Shown: in pieces, positions 26,923 through 36,506 of the stretch | Position numbering within the stretch: position 1 is the first letter of the stretch | How the letters are laid out: each line of letters begins with the position of its first letter | From: Dehalococcoidia bacterium | GTDB lineage: Bacteria; Chloroflexota; Dehalococcoidia; Lucifugimonadales; UBA6952 | Length of the DNA stretch: 64,000 nt | Assembly: GCA_022450525.1 (NCBI GenBank) | Contig: JAKUQA010000001.1 | Location: 18,897 to 82,896, forward strand | Direction: 5' to 3' | The notes under the pieces: model-generated | Seen by the model: the letters and a program-made list of their open reading frames with translations, nothing else | The model's database searches: none | Told to the model about the DNA's origin: nothing | Made by a program: the position numbers and the translations under genes

Positions 26923-29076
26923 ATGAGTACAAACATAGATATTGACTCTTTATTGTCCGGGAAAAACCCTAACCGCTTCAGAAAAGTTCTTATATTTCTT
27001 GTAGTGATATCTTTAATAGGGTCTTATTTTATATATGATTATATAAATAATGACAATGAAAAAGCTGTTTTTGAAACAATAACAACAGAACATATAGTTG
27101 AAAAAACTAACTTAACTACAACCGTTGAAGCAGCTTCAACAATTATCGCAAAAGAGCAATTACAAACCAAATTTAATACATCTGGAACAGTTTCCGAAAT
27201 ATACGTTTCAATTGGAGATAATGTAGAAAAAGATCAACCATTAGCTAAATTAATAAACAATGATTCTGAAAGAACCTTAAATCGTGCAAAGATTTCGCTT
27301 CAAGAAGCAGAATTAATACTTCAAGAGCAAACACAGCCTCTTTCTGCACTGGAAACAGCATCTAATAGTCAATCTATCATAACTGCGCAATCTCAGGTGT
27401 TAAATGCTCAAATAGCATTGGATAATATACTTGCTGGGGCTACAAATTTACAGAAGTCTTCGATGGAATATGATCTTGCTACCGCTAAACAACAAGTTAA
27501 TAACGCCAAAATAACCTTAGAAAATTTGACTAAATCTAACCTTGAAACAGCCACAAATATCAGCACACAAGAAAAAGCTGTGATAACAGCAAGTCGACAA
27601 CTAGATACTACATTGGCTAGTCTAAGAGTAGCCAGACAAAACTATTGCACATCAAATCAAACCTCAGGTGTTGATGTGTGTGGATCAGATGATATTCCAC
27701 TGACTGATATAAAAGTAGCGGCTTTAAACAATCAAATTAATAACGTGAATGCTATTACTAACAATTTATATTCATTAACAACATCTTTGTTACAATCTGA
27801 CGCATCCTATAAAAACGCTTTAGATAATCATAAATTGCAAAAACAACTATTAGATGAAGCTAAAGTAAGTTCTCAAGAATCTTTAGATGTAGCAGAAAAA
27901 CGATTACAAAATAAAAATGATCAGAATACCGACTTATTAGCTGAACCAACAACTGAGGAGTTACAGCAAGCAAATAACACTTTAGATCAAGCACAAGCTT
28001 CTTTAACAGTAGCAAATGCTCGCAATACTGAAGACCTAGCTGGCCTTAGTGAAATAGACATTAAACAATTACAATTTTCTATAGAAAAAGCAAAAATTAC
28101 TCTAGAAGAAGCTGAAGAAACCATAAATGACCTAACCCTAAAAGCACCATTTACTGGAACTATTGGGAGTGTTGATATAGTTCTTGGCCAAAATGTAACT
28201 GCAAACACAAATGCTTTCATACTATCTAATTTAGATTCGATAAGTATAGATATGAATATATCTGAAACAGATTTACCTAATATAAAAACCGGACAGTTTG
28301 GTATAGCAAACTTCAATGCTTTGCCAGAACAATCCTATCTCTTTGAAATATCAACCATAAGTTTTATCCCAGAAGTAAGCCAAGGTGTTGTTTCTTACCC
28401 AGTAAAAGCAAATATTATTAATAGGAATAATATTGAATCTTTAAATATGGAAAACTTACAACCTATTCTGACTTCCTTAGGAATTTCAACCGAAGAAAGA
28501 ACTGAAGGAAGAACTGAAGGAAGCGGTAATAGAAATGAAGGTTTACAAAAACTACAAGCATGTGTGGAAAAAGTCATTGGCACCTCTATTTCAACTCGAA
28601 GAGATATAGCAAATCTAACACCTGAACAAAGAACTCAAATACAAGAGGCTGGATGCCTTGAACTAATGCAATCTGGTGGCAATAGATCTGAACGAGGCGC
28701 AAATAGATCTACACAACAAGTAGATTCTTTTAGAAGTTTATTAAATACGACACCCCCTCATATTGGTATGAATGGCTCAGTAACAATAATAACTGAGATA
28801 AAATTAGACGTCTTGGTGGTACCTTCAAAATCAATTAAAGAAGATGACGGAAAATCTTATGTTCTACTACAAAATGAAACAACCAAAACTTCCGAAAAAC
28901 AATTTATCACCACTGGATTTACAGATGTTTCTCAGACGGAAATTACTTCTGGTCTTGAAGAAGGAAATATTATATTGATTGAATCACAAATAGTATCATC
29001 CACCGCAGATACCGCTGGGGAAAAGGAAAAGGAAGATACATCTCTTGAAACACCCAATATCAGAAGAATACGATGA
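26923..29076 (+). CDS. Membrane-fusion/periplasmic-adaptor protein (HlyD/MacA/YknX family), unusually long at 717 aa
   Basis: N-terminal TM anchor (VLIFLVVISLIGSYFIY), lipoyl-like halves (GTVSEIYVSIGDNVEKDQPLAKL ... LKAPFTGTIGSVD), beta-barrel and membrane-proximal parts. Its stop overlaps the start of the ABC ATPase. Confidence 0.8.
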   Translation: MSTNIDIDSLLSGKNPNRFRKVLIFLVVISLIGSYFIYDYINNDNEKAVFETITTEHIVEKTNLTTTVEAASTIIAKEQLQTKFNTSGTVSEIYVSIGDNVEKDQPLAKLINNDSERTLNRAKISLQEAELILQEQTQPLSALETASNSQSIITAQSQVLNAQIALDNILAGATNLQKSSMEYDLATAKQQVNNAKITLENLTKSNLETATNISTQEKAVITASRQLDTTLASLRVARQNYCTSNQTSGVDVCGSDDIPLTDIKVAALNNQINNVNAITNNLYSLTTSLLQSDASYKNALDNHKLQKQLLDEAKVSSQESLDVAEKRLQNKNDQNTDLLAEPTTEELQQANNTLDQAQASLTVANARNTEDLAGLSEIDIKQLQFSIEKAKITLEEAEETINDLTLKAPFTGTIGSVDIVLGQNVTANTNAFILSNLDSISIDMNISETDLPNIKTGQFGIANFNALPEQSYLFEISTISFIPEVSQGVVSYPVKANIINRNNIESLNMENLQPILTSLGISTEERTEGRTEGSGNRNEGLQKLQACVEKVIGTSISTRRDIANLTPEQRTQIQEAGCLELMQSGGNRSERGANRSTQQVDSFRSLLNTTPPHIGMNGSVTIITEIKLDVLVVPSKSIKEDDGKSYVLLQNETTKTSEKQFITTGFTDVSQTEITSGLEEGNIILIESQIVSSTADTAGEKEKEDTSLETPNIRRIR
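28498..28521 (+). repeat. Perfect 12-bp tandem duplication (AGAACTGAAGGA x2) inside the adaptor insert, encoding RTEG-RTEG
   Basis: Read directly at 28498-28509 and 28510-28521. Confidence 0.9.
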
Positions 29077-29765
29077 TAAAACTCGAAAATATCACAAAAG
29101 AATACATAACTGATGCAGGTCCAGTAAAAGCCCTGAATGGAATTGATTTATCAATTCCAGACGGAGAAATTATAGCTATTACCGGACAATCAGGATCAGG
29201 AAAAAGTAGTTTAATGAACGTTATAGGATGCTTAGATTCTCCAACTTCTGGAAGGTATTTTATTGATACCGCAGATATCGGCTCATTATCTGATTTTCAA
29301 TTATCACGACTGCGGGGTAAGATTTTTGGATTTATTTTTCAAAGTTATAATCTACTACCACGCCTAACTGCTTTGGAGCAGGTTGAATTACCCTTGATTT
29401 ATCAAAAAGATCCTAACAGAAGAATAAAAGCAGCCACTGCATTAGCAATGCTGGGATTAGCAGAAAGAATATACCATACACCTAATCAACTTTCAGGTGG
29501 AGAACAACAAAGAGTAGCAATAGCAAGATCCATTGTTATAAACCCCAAGATCATTCTTGCTGATGAACCCACTGGTGCATTAGATACAAAAACCAGTACT
29601 GAAGTTATGGATATTTTGATTAAATTGGCTAAAGAACAAGGAATAACTATTGTTTTAGTTACTCATGAACCACATATTGCATCTTTAGCTGAACGACAAA
29701 TAAAGATGAGTGATGGAAATATTACCGAAGATTCATACACAAAAAATAATGGTTTGGTTTCATGA
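29073..29765 (+). CDS. ABC transporter ATP-binding protein (MacB/LolD/YknY type)
   Basis: GQSGSGKSS, LSGGEQQRVAIARS, LADEPTGALD and VTHE. Confidence 0.92.
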   Translation: MIKLENITKEYITDAGPVKALNGIDLSIPDGEIIAITGQSGSGKSSLMNVIGCLDSPTSGRYFIDTADIGSLSDFQLSRLRGKIFGFIFQSYNLLPRLTALEQVELPLIYQKDPNRRIKAATALAMLGLAERIYHTPNQLSGGEQQRVAIARSIVINPKIILADEPTGALDTKTSTEVMDILIKLAKEQGITIVLVTHEPHIASLAERQIKMSDGNITEDSYTKNNGLVS

Positions 29766-31015
29766 GTTTATTTGATGGGTTTTTAACTGCATTTAAAGCA
29801 ATAAGTGCAAATGGTTTAAGAAGCTTTCTTACCATGTTAGGTTTACTTATCGGTGTTGGTTCAGTAATCATTCTGATATCCATTGGGCAAGGAACTCAAG
29901 CAGGGATTAAAGAAGAAATTACTAATCTTGGTACAGATTTATTATTTATTAGCCCTGGTTCATCTTCTGAAGCAGGAGTTAGAGGTCGCCGAGGTAGCGC
30001 TCGAACATTATTTGCAGAAGACGTTCTAGCCATACGTGAAGCTAATTTACCTGGAGTAGAAGCCGCTGCTCCACAATTAAATATAGGAAATGCCCAAGCA
30101 ATTGTAGGGCCCTTAAATCAAGAGATAGACCTAGTTGGTACCGATAGTGATTATCTTAAGGTACGAAATTTATCCTTATCTGAAGGATCATTTATTTCAT
30201 CAAAAGACGTTTCATCAGGTTCTTTATATATGGTACTAGGTTCAAATATTGCAAATGCTCTATTTCCTGAAGAAAATCCTATAGGAAAAACAATTCGAAC
30301 TTCATTTTTTAATGGAAGAATTTCATTCAACTTTAAGGTCATTGGGGTATTGCTACCAACTGGAGGAGAAAGCGTACAAGATGATTATGTTTTCATACCA
30401 GTCAGTTCCGCACAAAAGCGATTGAAAGGTCTGCAAAACATCTCAGGAAAAACAATTATAAACCAAATAACTATCAAAACTTCACCAAATATTGATCAAG
30501 AAACAGTTTCTGAATTTATAACAGAATTTTTAAAAAGGCATCATCAAGTTGATGAACCTGATTTTACTGTAACAAGCCAAACCCAATTATTAGAAACAGT
30601 TAATGAAATCGGAACAACCATATCGCTATTACTGGGTAGTATCGCCGGAATATCGTTATTTGTTGGGGGAATTGGAGTTATGAATATAATGCTTGTGTCT
30701 GTAACAGAAAGAACAAGAGAAATAGGTATCAGGCGAGCAATTGGTGCGACAGGGCCAGATATTGCACTTCAATTTCTTATAGAGGCACTTGCTCTATCAA
30801 TTTTGGGGGGTATTGCAGGTATATTAATAGGAATCACTGGATCAACATTATTGAACGGGTATCAAATTGCTGATACTCCTTTGATAACGATTATTACCCC
30901 TTGGAGTATAATTCTTGCTTTTACTGTAGCTTCTTTTGTTGGTATTGTTTCTGGTTTATATCCAGCATGGAGAGCATCATTACTAGATCCAATAACAGCT
31001 TTACGAAACCAATAG
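29762..31015 (+). CDS. ABC transporter permease, FtsX/MacB type with a large extracytoplasmic domain
   Basis: TM1, then a roughly 250-aa external domain, then three C-terminal TMs. Also MLVSVTERTREIGIRRAIGA and YPAWRASLLDPITALR. Confidence 0.9.
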   Translation: MSLFDGFLTAFKAISANGLRSFLTMLGLLIGVGSVIILISIGQGTQAGIKEEITNLGTDLLFISPGSSSEAGVRGRRGSARTLFAEDVLAIREANLPGVEAAAPQLNIGNAQAIVGPLNQEIDLVGTDSDYLKVRNLSLSEGSFISSKDVSSGSLYMVLGSNIANALFPEENPIGKTIRTSFFNGRISFNFKVIGVLLPTGGESVQDDYVFIPVSSAQKRLKGLQNISGKTIINQITIKTSPNIDQETVSEFITEFLKRHHQVDEPDFTVTSQTQLLETVNEIGTTISLLLGSIAGISLFVGGIGVMNIMLVSVTERTREIGIRRAIGATGPDIALQFLIEALALSILGGIAGILIGITGSTLLNGYQIADTPLITIITPWSIILAFTVASFVGIVSGLYPAWRASLLDPITALRNQ

Positions 31016-31078
31016 AATAGATACAAAATAAGCATAAAGTATTTTACAAATTAAAAGTAAAGATTTATAACATTCGTT

Positions 31079-31897
31079 ATGAGATATTTTATAAAACACT
31101 TTTTTGAAACCAAATCACATTATTTCGCATCTTCAATAGCTTTCTGGTTATTCTTTTCCATGTTTCCAATTATATTGCTTATTGGGTCAGTAGGAGAATA
31201 TACAACACAAGATAAAGATACTCAAATGCTTTTGGTTGAAGGTTTTATTAGCACGATAATTCCAGCATTCTCTCAAGAATTCATAGAAGTACAAATACTA
31301 AATTCTGCACAAAATAACCAAATTGGCAGTCTTCTAGGAATGATTGGATTGTTAATAACTACTTTAAGTGTCTTCAGTGCTATTAGAAACACATTTAATT
31401 ATGTATGGGGAATCGATCATGAAGGACCATCTTACATTTCAAAATGGTTAATTGATATTAAAATGCTTTTCTATACCTATATTTTTATCTCTATATTAGT
31501 TCTATTAAATAGTTCTACTATTTCATTTATCCCAACAATTCATTTCAAAATTTTCACTTTTCCCACAATAGATCAGGATACTAATTTTTTTATTTGGATA
31601 CTTATTATTACAACTAAACTAATATTCACAAGTTTGGCAATGTATTTGGTGTTTCGAGCAGCTCTATATACTAAAGTGAAACCATTATTTATATTTTATG
31701 GATCTTTTGTTGCTAGCTGTGGTGTTCATCTATGTACAACAATACTTAGCTGGTATTTTGAAATTAATCCACAAATAGAAATAATTTATGGATCTCTTCA
31801 ATCAGTAATCTGTTTATTAACTTGGTCATATGGCATTGCTATATCGATCAATATTGGATCCTTGACTGCTAAAATACTACATTTCAAAAATCTATAA
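31079..31897 (+). CDS. YihY/BrkB-family membrane protein
   Basis: SSIAFWLFFSMFPIILL and later hydrophobic segments give about 6 TM helices. Length 272 aa. Confidence 0.6.
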   Translation: MRYFIKHFFETKSHYFASSIAFWLFFSMFPIILLIGSVGEYTTQDKDTQMLLVEGFISTIIPAFSQEFIEVQILNSAQNNQIGSLLGMIGLLITTLSVFSAIRNTFNYVWGIDHEGPSYISKWLIDIKMLFYTYIFISILVLLNSSTISFIPTIHFKIFTFPTIDQDTNFFIWILIITTKLIFTSLAMYLVFRAALYTKVKPLFIFYGSFVASCGVHLCTTILSWYFEINPQIEIIYGSLQSVICLLTWSYGIAISINIGSLTAKILHFKNL

Positions 31898-32866
31898 TTA
31901 TGGGATAAGAACTACTTTACCAGTGGTTTTTCGCGAGCCCAAATCATCCTGTGCTTGGGCTGCTTTAGAAAGAGGTAAAGACAAACCTATTCTCACATTT
32001 AACTTTCCCTCTTCTATCCATTTAAAAATATCTCCCGAACGCCAATTTAATTCGTCTCTAGACTGCATATAAGCTCCCAAACTAGGTCGTGTTAAGTATA
32101 TAGAACCTTTTCTATTTAATAACTGAGGGTCTACTGGAGGTACTGCACCACTTGATTGACCATAAAGAACCATATATCCACGAGATTGTAGACAGTCTAT
32201 GCTCCCATCAAATGTAGTATTACCAACAGAATCATAAACAACTGGCAATCCCTTTCCATTGGTAATTTTGCTTACTTCGTCCACAAAATTTTGCTTAGTA
32301 TATATAACCACTTCATCTGCACCTGCTTCAAGTGCTAATTGTTTTTTTTCTTCTGTTGAAACCGTGGTTATAACTTTAGCTCCAATATTTTTTGCCATTT
32401 GTATAAGGAGTAACCCAACTCCTCCAGCGCCTGCATGAATTAAACATGTGTGCTCTGGCTGTAATTCAAATGTAGAATACGCTAAATAATGGGCGGTCAT
32501 TCCTTGTAAAATTGATGCAGCAGCTATGGTAAAATCAATACTTTCTGGGACTGGAACAACAGTATTTTCTGCAACCTTAGTATATTCAGCATATCCACCA
32601 CTGGCCATAGAATATGCAACCTTATCTCCAACTTTAAAATCTTTTATGTCTTTACCTACTTCTGCAATTATACCGGCACCTTCTGAACCTGGAATAAATG
32701 GTAAATCCATAGGATATGCTCCAGATCTCTGGTAAATATCAATAAAATTAACACCTATAGATTCATGTTTTATCAAAACTTCGTTACTAGATATTGAGGG
32801 GATATCTACATCCGTATAATTTAAAACCTCACTCCCGCCAAATTCTTTCACTTGAATCGCTTTCAT
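31898..32866 (-). CDS. qor: NADPH:quinone oxidoreductase (zeta-crystallin-like MDR)
   Basis: GVNFIDIYQRSGAYP, HAGAGGVGLLLIQ and GKVVLIP. Start placed at the ATG at 32866, preceded by GGAGGA. The ORF-track TTG at 32878 would read through that RBS. Confidence 0.85.
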   Translation of the reverse strand: MKAIQVKEFGGSEVLNYTDVDIPSISSNEVLIKHESIGVNFIDIYQRSGAYPMDLPFIPGSEGAGIIAEVGKDIKDFKVGDKVAYSMASGGYAEYTKVAENTVVPVPESIDFTIAAASILQGMTAHYLAYSTFELQPEHTCLIHAGAGGVGLLLIQMAKNIGAKVITTVSTEEKKQLALEAGADEVVIYTKQNFVDEVSKITNGKGLPVVYDSVGNTTFDGSIDCLQSRGYMVLYGQSSGAVPPVDPQLLNRKGSIYLTRPSLGAYMQSRDELNWRSGDIFKWIEEGKLNVRIGLSLPLSKAAQAQDDLGSRKTTGKVVLIP

Positions 32867-33010
32867 AAAATCCTCCAAAACTATTGTAAAAACTCTCGAT
32901 AAATATTATGGTTCTAAGGTTGTAAATACAAGCATCTATACCCACATTAGGAGTCAATTATAAAAACTAAACACCGATTATATTATGGATGGGTAATTGT
33001 AGCTGCCATT

Positions 33011-34207
33011 ATGCTATCTAGTACCGGGTCTGGCACAATGATGCAATTTGGATATACAACATTTATTAAACCTATGTCGGTTTCTTTAAAATGGAGCAGG
33101 GCAATAATTTCGCTTGGAATGTCTTTTCGAATAATTGTCGGTGGTCTATTAAGTGTATTGATAGGTCCAATAATAGATCGATACGGTATAGGCAGGATTA
33201 TGTTTTTTTCTGGATTGACTGCTTCGCTCTGTACCTATTTAATTACCAAAGTATATTCTCCATGGCAATTCCTCGTCCTTTTTGGAATAGCTGGAGGATT
33301 TGCTTCAGCCGGGGCAGGTGAATTTGCTATCGGATCAGTTATTCCTAAGTGGTTTATAAAAAAACGTGGAAAAGCCTTAGCTTTTGGAACTATGGGTGGA
33401 GTATTAGTCGGTGTTTTTATAACACCAATTATGGCTATCTTAATGGATAACTACGGATGGAAATACGGATGGTTTTTTATATCAGGATTTACCTTAATAA
33501 CAATAATTCCTGCATCGTTTTTTATGAAAAGAAGGCCTGAAGATATCGGATTACTACCCGATGGTATTCCAATGGATAATAACTATCAAGAAGTACATGT
33601 AAGTAATAATGAAATATCAGAAGGATATAGTGCAATGAAAACAATTGTTTTCTGGCAGTTAATTATTGCTTTTAATCTTAATGGACTTGCTATAACAGGT
33701 ATAGTTGTTCATGAATTGAGTTATCTACTAGACAATAACTTTTCTGCATATACTGCAGCTTTAATTGTTAGTATACATGCTCTCTCCGGCATAGGTGGAC
33801 GATTCGTTTGGGGATATTTTGTAGATAGAATTGCAGTGAAATACTGTTTAGCAATTTCATCTTTTGGAGCAGCATTAGCAACAGTTATCTTGCTTCAGGC
33901 AACATCTATACCGGTAGCTTTACTCTTTGCTATTATCTATGGATTAAATATTGGAGGAGAACAATTGTTAAATGCAGTTGCTTGGTCAGAATATTTTGAC
34001 AGAAATATCCTTGCTACTATAAGAGGATTTAGCTTGCCTTTTCAATTATTAAGTAGAGCAGCAGGTCCATTTATTGCAGGTCTTCTATTTAGCATTAATG
34101 GATCTTATTTAATCCCATTCAGTTTGTTTATTATTACATTAACTTGCTCAAGTTTAATGTTTCTAAGTATAAATAAACCTAATTTAGATCACTCATTACG
34201 AACGTAA
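33011..34207 (+). CDS. MFS transporter (oxalate/formate-antiporter-like); the true start is probably upstream at a non-ATG codon
   Basis: About 12 TM segments. The in-frame upstream sequence encodes ...KHRLYYGWVIVAAI, which looks like the missing first half of TM1 (see findings). Confidence 0.8.
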   Translation: MLSSTGSGTMMQFGYTTFIKPMSVSLKWSRAIISLGMSFRIIVGGLLSVLIGPIIDRYGIGRIMFFSGLTASLCTYLITKVYSPWQFLVLFGIAGGFASAGAGEFAIGSVIPKWFIKKRGKALAFGTMGGVLVGVFITPIMAILMDNYGWKYGWFFISGFTLITIIPASFFMKRRPEDIGLLPDGIPMDNNYQEVHVSNNEISEGYSAMKTIVFWQLIIAFNLNGLAITGIVVHELSYLLDNNFSAYTAALIVSIHALSGIGGRFVWGYFVDRIAVKYCLAISSFGAALATVILLQATSIPVALLFAIIYGLNIGGEQLLNAVAWSEYFDRNILATIRGFSLPFQLLSRAAGPFIAGLLFSINGSYLIPFSLFIITLTCSSLMFLSINKPNLDHSLRT

Positions 34208-35394
34208 ACCAAATACAAAAACAGCATAGCAAATAATGCACATACCGAAGAAGTAAAAAATCCTATAAACCAACCTAATTCATTCCGTCCAAAAATATCT
34301 AATATTATCCCAAATACTAGGGGTGAAATTGCAGCTGTGCCAAAAGCAAATATTGTATGTACTGCCAAACTAGACCCTAATTCCTCAGGTTTAGCGTTTT
34401 CTGTAATTAACGTAGTATATATTGCCGAATCAGAACCAACAAACAACGTCCAAATAAACCCAATAATAATCGCAAAGATTATTGGCAATAAAACCGTCAA
34501 ACCAATAATCAAAGAAAGCACACTACTAATAGCAAGTATAACTATTGCAATTTTTGCTCTATTTTTCCCATCGGAATATGATGCTCCAAGAAGAGGAGTA
34601 AACGACGCAACAATAGATATAATTCCAGCTATTGTTGCTGCTAGGGAAGCACTAGAATTTAATCCTGAACCAGATTCGATATATAAGTATGCCAAAAATA
34701 CAGGAAACCACATTCTCATTATGTATAACTCCCATGCATGCATTGCATAACTAAATGAAGCAACAAATAATTTTTTATTTAACAAAACTTTAGGATTTAT
34801 AAATGCAGAACCAGGATTTGTTGGAAGAAGGTCAATTTTAATAATAAAAATTAATGCTAATAAAACACTCATAATAGAAATACACGAAACTAATAAATAA
34901 ACTGTTTCCCAAGACAAAATAAGTAATAAATACCCTGCTAACAATAAAGAAAGGCCACCACCTGCATAAAACCCTGTTACATATAATCCAATTGAAGAGC
35001 CTCTCGACTCAGCAGATGTGTTCTGCCCAATAATTTTTTGACCAATGACATAGACCCCAGAAAATGCTGCTCCACTTATGAACCTTAATAACAATGCCGA
35101 AAGTAATCCATTTGCAAATATACTAAAAGCAAGATGTGAAAATGCAGAAACAGATACAGCAAAAAAGAGAGTGTTTTTCGTTGAATATTTATCTGATATT
35201 GGAACCAATAAAATAGCCCCTAATACATATCCCAAAAAATAAACCCCACTGATTGCACCAACTTCAGTATTTATTAAGCCCCACTGTTTTTCAATCAAGG
35301 GTATAGATGCAACAAAAGTAGCGAAAGGGAACAAGCTAAATAACAATATAGCTGTTAATAAAAATACTATTGGGTTTCTTAATGAATTCAGCAA
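34189..35394 (-). CDS. MFS transporter
   Basis: Length 401 aa with 12 hydrophobic segments. Its 3' end overlaps the convergent MFS gene by 19 nt. Confidence 0.8.
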   Translation of the reverse strand: MLNSLRNPIVFLLTAILLFSLFPFATFVASIPLIEKQWGLINTEVGAISGVYFLGYVLGAILLVPISDKYSTKNTLFFAVSVSAFSHLAFSIFANGLLSALLLRFISGAAFSGVYVIGQKIIGQNTSAESRGSSIGLYVTGFYAGGGLSLLLAGYLLLILSWETVYLLVSCISIMSVLLALIFIIKIDLLPTNPGSAFINPKVLLNKKLFVASFSYAMHAWELYIMRMWFPVFLAYLYIESGSGLNSSASLAATIAGIISIVASFTPLLGASYSDGKNRAKIAIVILAISSVLSLIIGLTVLLPIIFAIIIGFIWTLFVGSDSAIYTTLITENAKPEELGSSLAVHTIFAFGTAAISPLVFGIILDIFGRNELGWFIGFFTSSVCALFAMLFLYLVYVRNE

Positions 35395-35451
35395 ATTAAT
35401 TCTCTTTTCAATCTAAACCAAACCTAACATAAGAAAAAAATATTCACAAGT

Positions 35452-35480
35452 TTGACAATAATGAGGAACAAAGATAAAAT
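35452..35480 (+). promoter_or_regulatory. Candidate promoter of the rpsP operon: TTGACA-N17-TAAAAT
   Basis: Hexamers at 35452-35457 and 35475-35480, about 38 nt upstream of the rpsP ATG. Confidence 0.5.
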
Positions 35481-35517
35481 TTCCTTTCTAGCTCATATAG
35501 TACTAATAAGGTTTTAC

Positions 35518-35757
35518 ATGCTAAAAATAAGATTAAAACGTGTTGGCGCAAAAAAGCAACCTTCATATAGAGTTGTCGTAGCTGATTCTCGCGCTCCAAG
35601 AGATGGAGCATTTATTGAACTCGTTGGAACATACGACCCTAAAACTGATCCACCCACAATTAACTTAAACCATACTAAAATAGATGAATGGATTGCTAAA
35701 GGAGCTCAGCCTTCTGACGCAATGAAAAGTATTCTTAACCAAACTACGAAAGAATAG
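35518..35757 (+). CDS. rpsP: 30S ribosomal protein S16
   Basis: [30 protein letters not shown]. The ORF-track start at 35452 adds a spurious 22 aa that overlap the promoter. Confidence 0.93.
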   Translation: MLKIRLKRVGAKKQPSYRVVVADSRAPRDGAFIELVGTYDPKTDPPTINLNHTKIDEWIAKGAQPSDAMKSILNQTTKE

Positions 35758-35771
35758 AGGGTTGGTTTATT

Positions 35772-36002
35772 ATGAAAGAACTCGTTGAATACATCGCTAA
35801 ATCCTTAGCTAGTAACCCAGATGAGGTGGTAGTGGAGGAAGAAGAGGACGACGAAGGTAAGGTTATTCTTAAACTCACAGTGGCTGAAGAAGACAAAGGT
35901 AAATTAATAGGCCGTGAGGGAAGAGTTGCTCAAGCAATAAGAGTTCTCCTAAGAGTAGCTGCAGTTAAAGCAGGAACCAGAGTTAATTTAGAAATTCTCT
36001 AA
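35772..36002 (+). CDS. KH-domain RNA-binding protein (UPF0109/YlqC family)
   Basis: Length 76 aa. KGKLIGREGRVAQAIRVLL contains the GxxG KH motif. It sits in the conserved position between rpsP and rimM. Confidence 0.85.
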   Translation: MKELVEYIAKSLASNPDEVVVEEEEDDEGKVILKLTVAEEDKGKLIGREGRVAQAIRVLLRVAAVKAGTRVNLEIL

Positions 36003-36008
36003 CCTTTA

Positions 36009-36506
36009 ATGATGGAAACAGATCTTGTAGCTGTTGGTCAAATTTTTTCTATTTTTGGTATTAAAGGCCAAGTTAAAGTTAGGCCTCTTTCTGATGTTGC
36101 GTCTCGGTTTGCCACTGGCAGCAAAATAATATTGAACAACCAAGAAGTATTAATTCAAAAAGCTTCTAAACAAAAGTGGTACTACATATTACTACTAGAT
36201 AACTGCAATACCCCCGAAAAAGCAAAAACACTTAAAGATAAATTTATTTACGTAAAACCTTCACAAACCCCACATCAACAAAATGATACGTATTATTATT
36301 ATGAATTAATCGGTTTGGACGTTTTAAACATTAACCAAGAACATCTAGGCACAATATCTAATATTCTCACTACTGGTGCAAATGATGTCTATGTTATAAC
36401 AAATGATAAAAATGAAGAAATTCTCATACCTGCTATAAAGTCGGTAGTTCTTGAAATAGATATCAAAAATCAAAAAATGACTATAGACCAACCTAGTTGG
36501 CTATAA
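36009..36506 (+). CDS. rimM: 16S rRNA processing protein RimM
   Basis: VGQIFSIFGIKGQVKV, YYYYELIGL, GANDVY and EILIPAI. Confidence 0.88.
   Translation: MMETDLVAVGQIFSIFGIKGQVKVRPLSDVASRFATGSKIILNNQEVLIQKASKQKWYYILLLDNCNTPEKAKTLKDKFIYVKPSQTPHQQNDTYYYYELIGLDVLNINQEHLGTISNILTTGANDVYVITNDKNEEILIPAIKSVVLEIDIKNQKMTIDQPSWL

Noticed and set aside
35452-35517. N-terminal extensions in the ORF track for rpsP. Analogous extensions affect rplR (57425-57556), rplP (60947-61045), rpmD (56561-56608), groEL (39861-39875), qor (32867-32878) and the M20 amidase (20158-20196).
   Set aside because: The conserved protein N-termini begin at internal ATG or GTG codons that have their own Shine-Dalgarno sequences. 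The extensions overlap upstream genes, RBSs or promoters and encode non-conserved hydrophobic junk.
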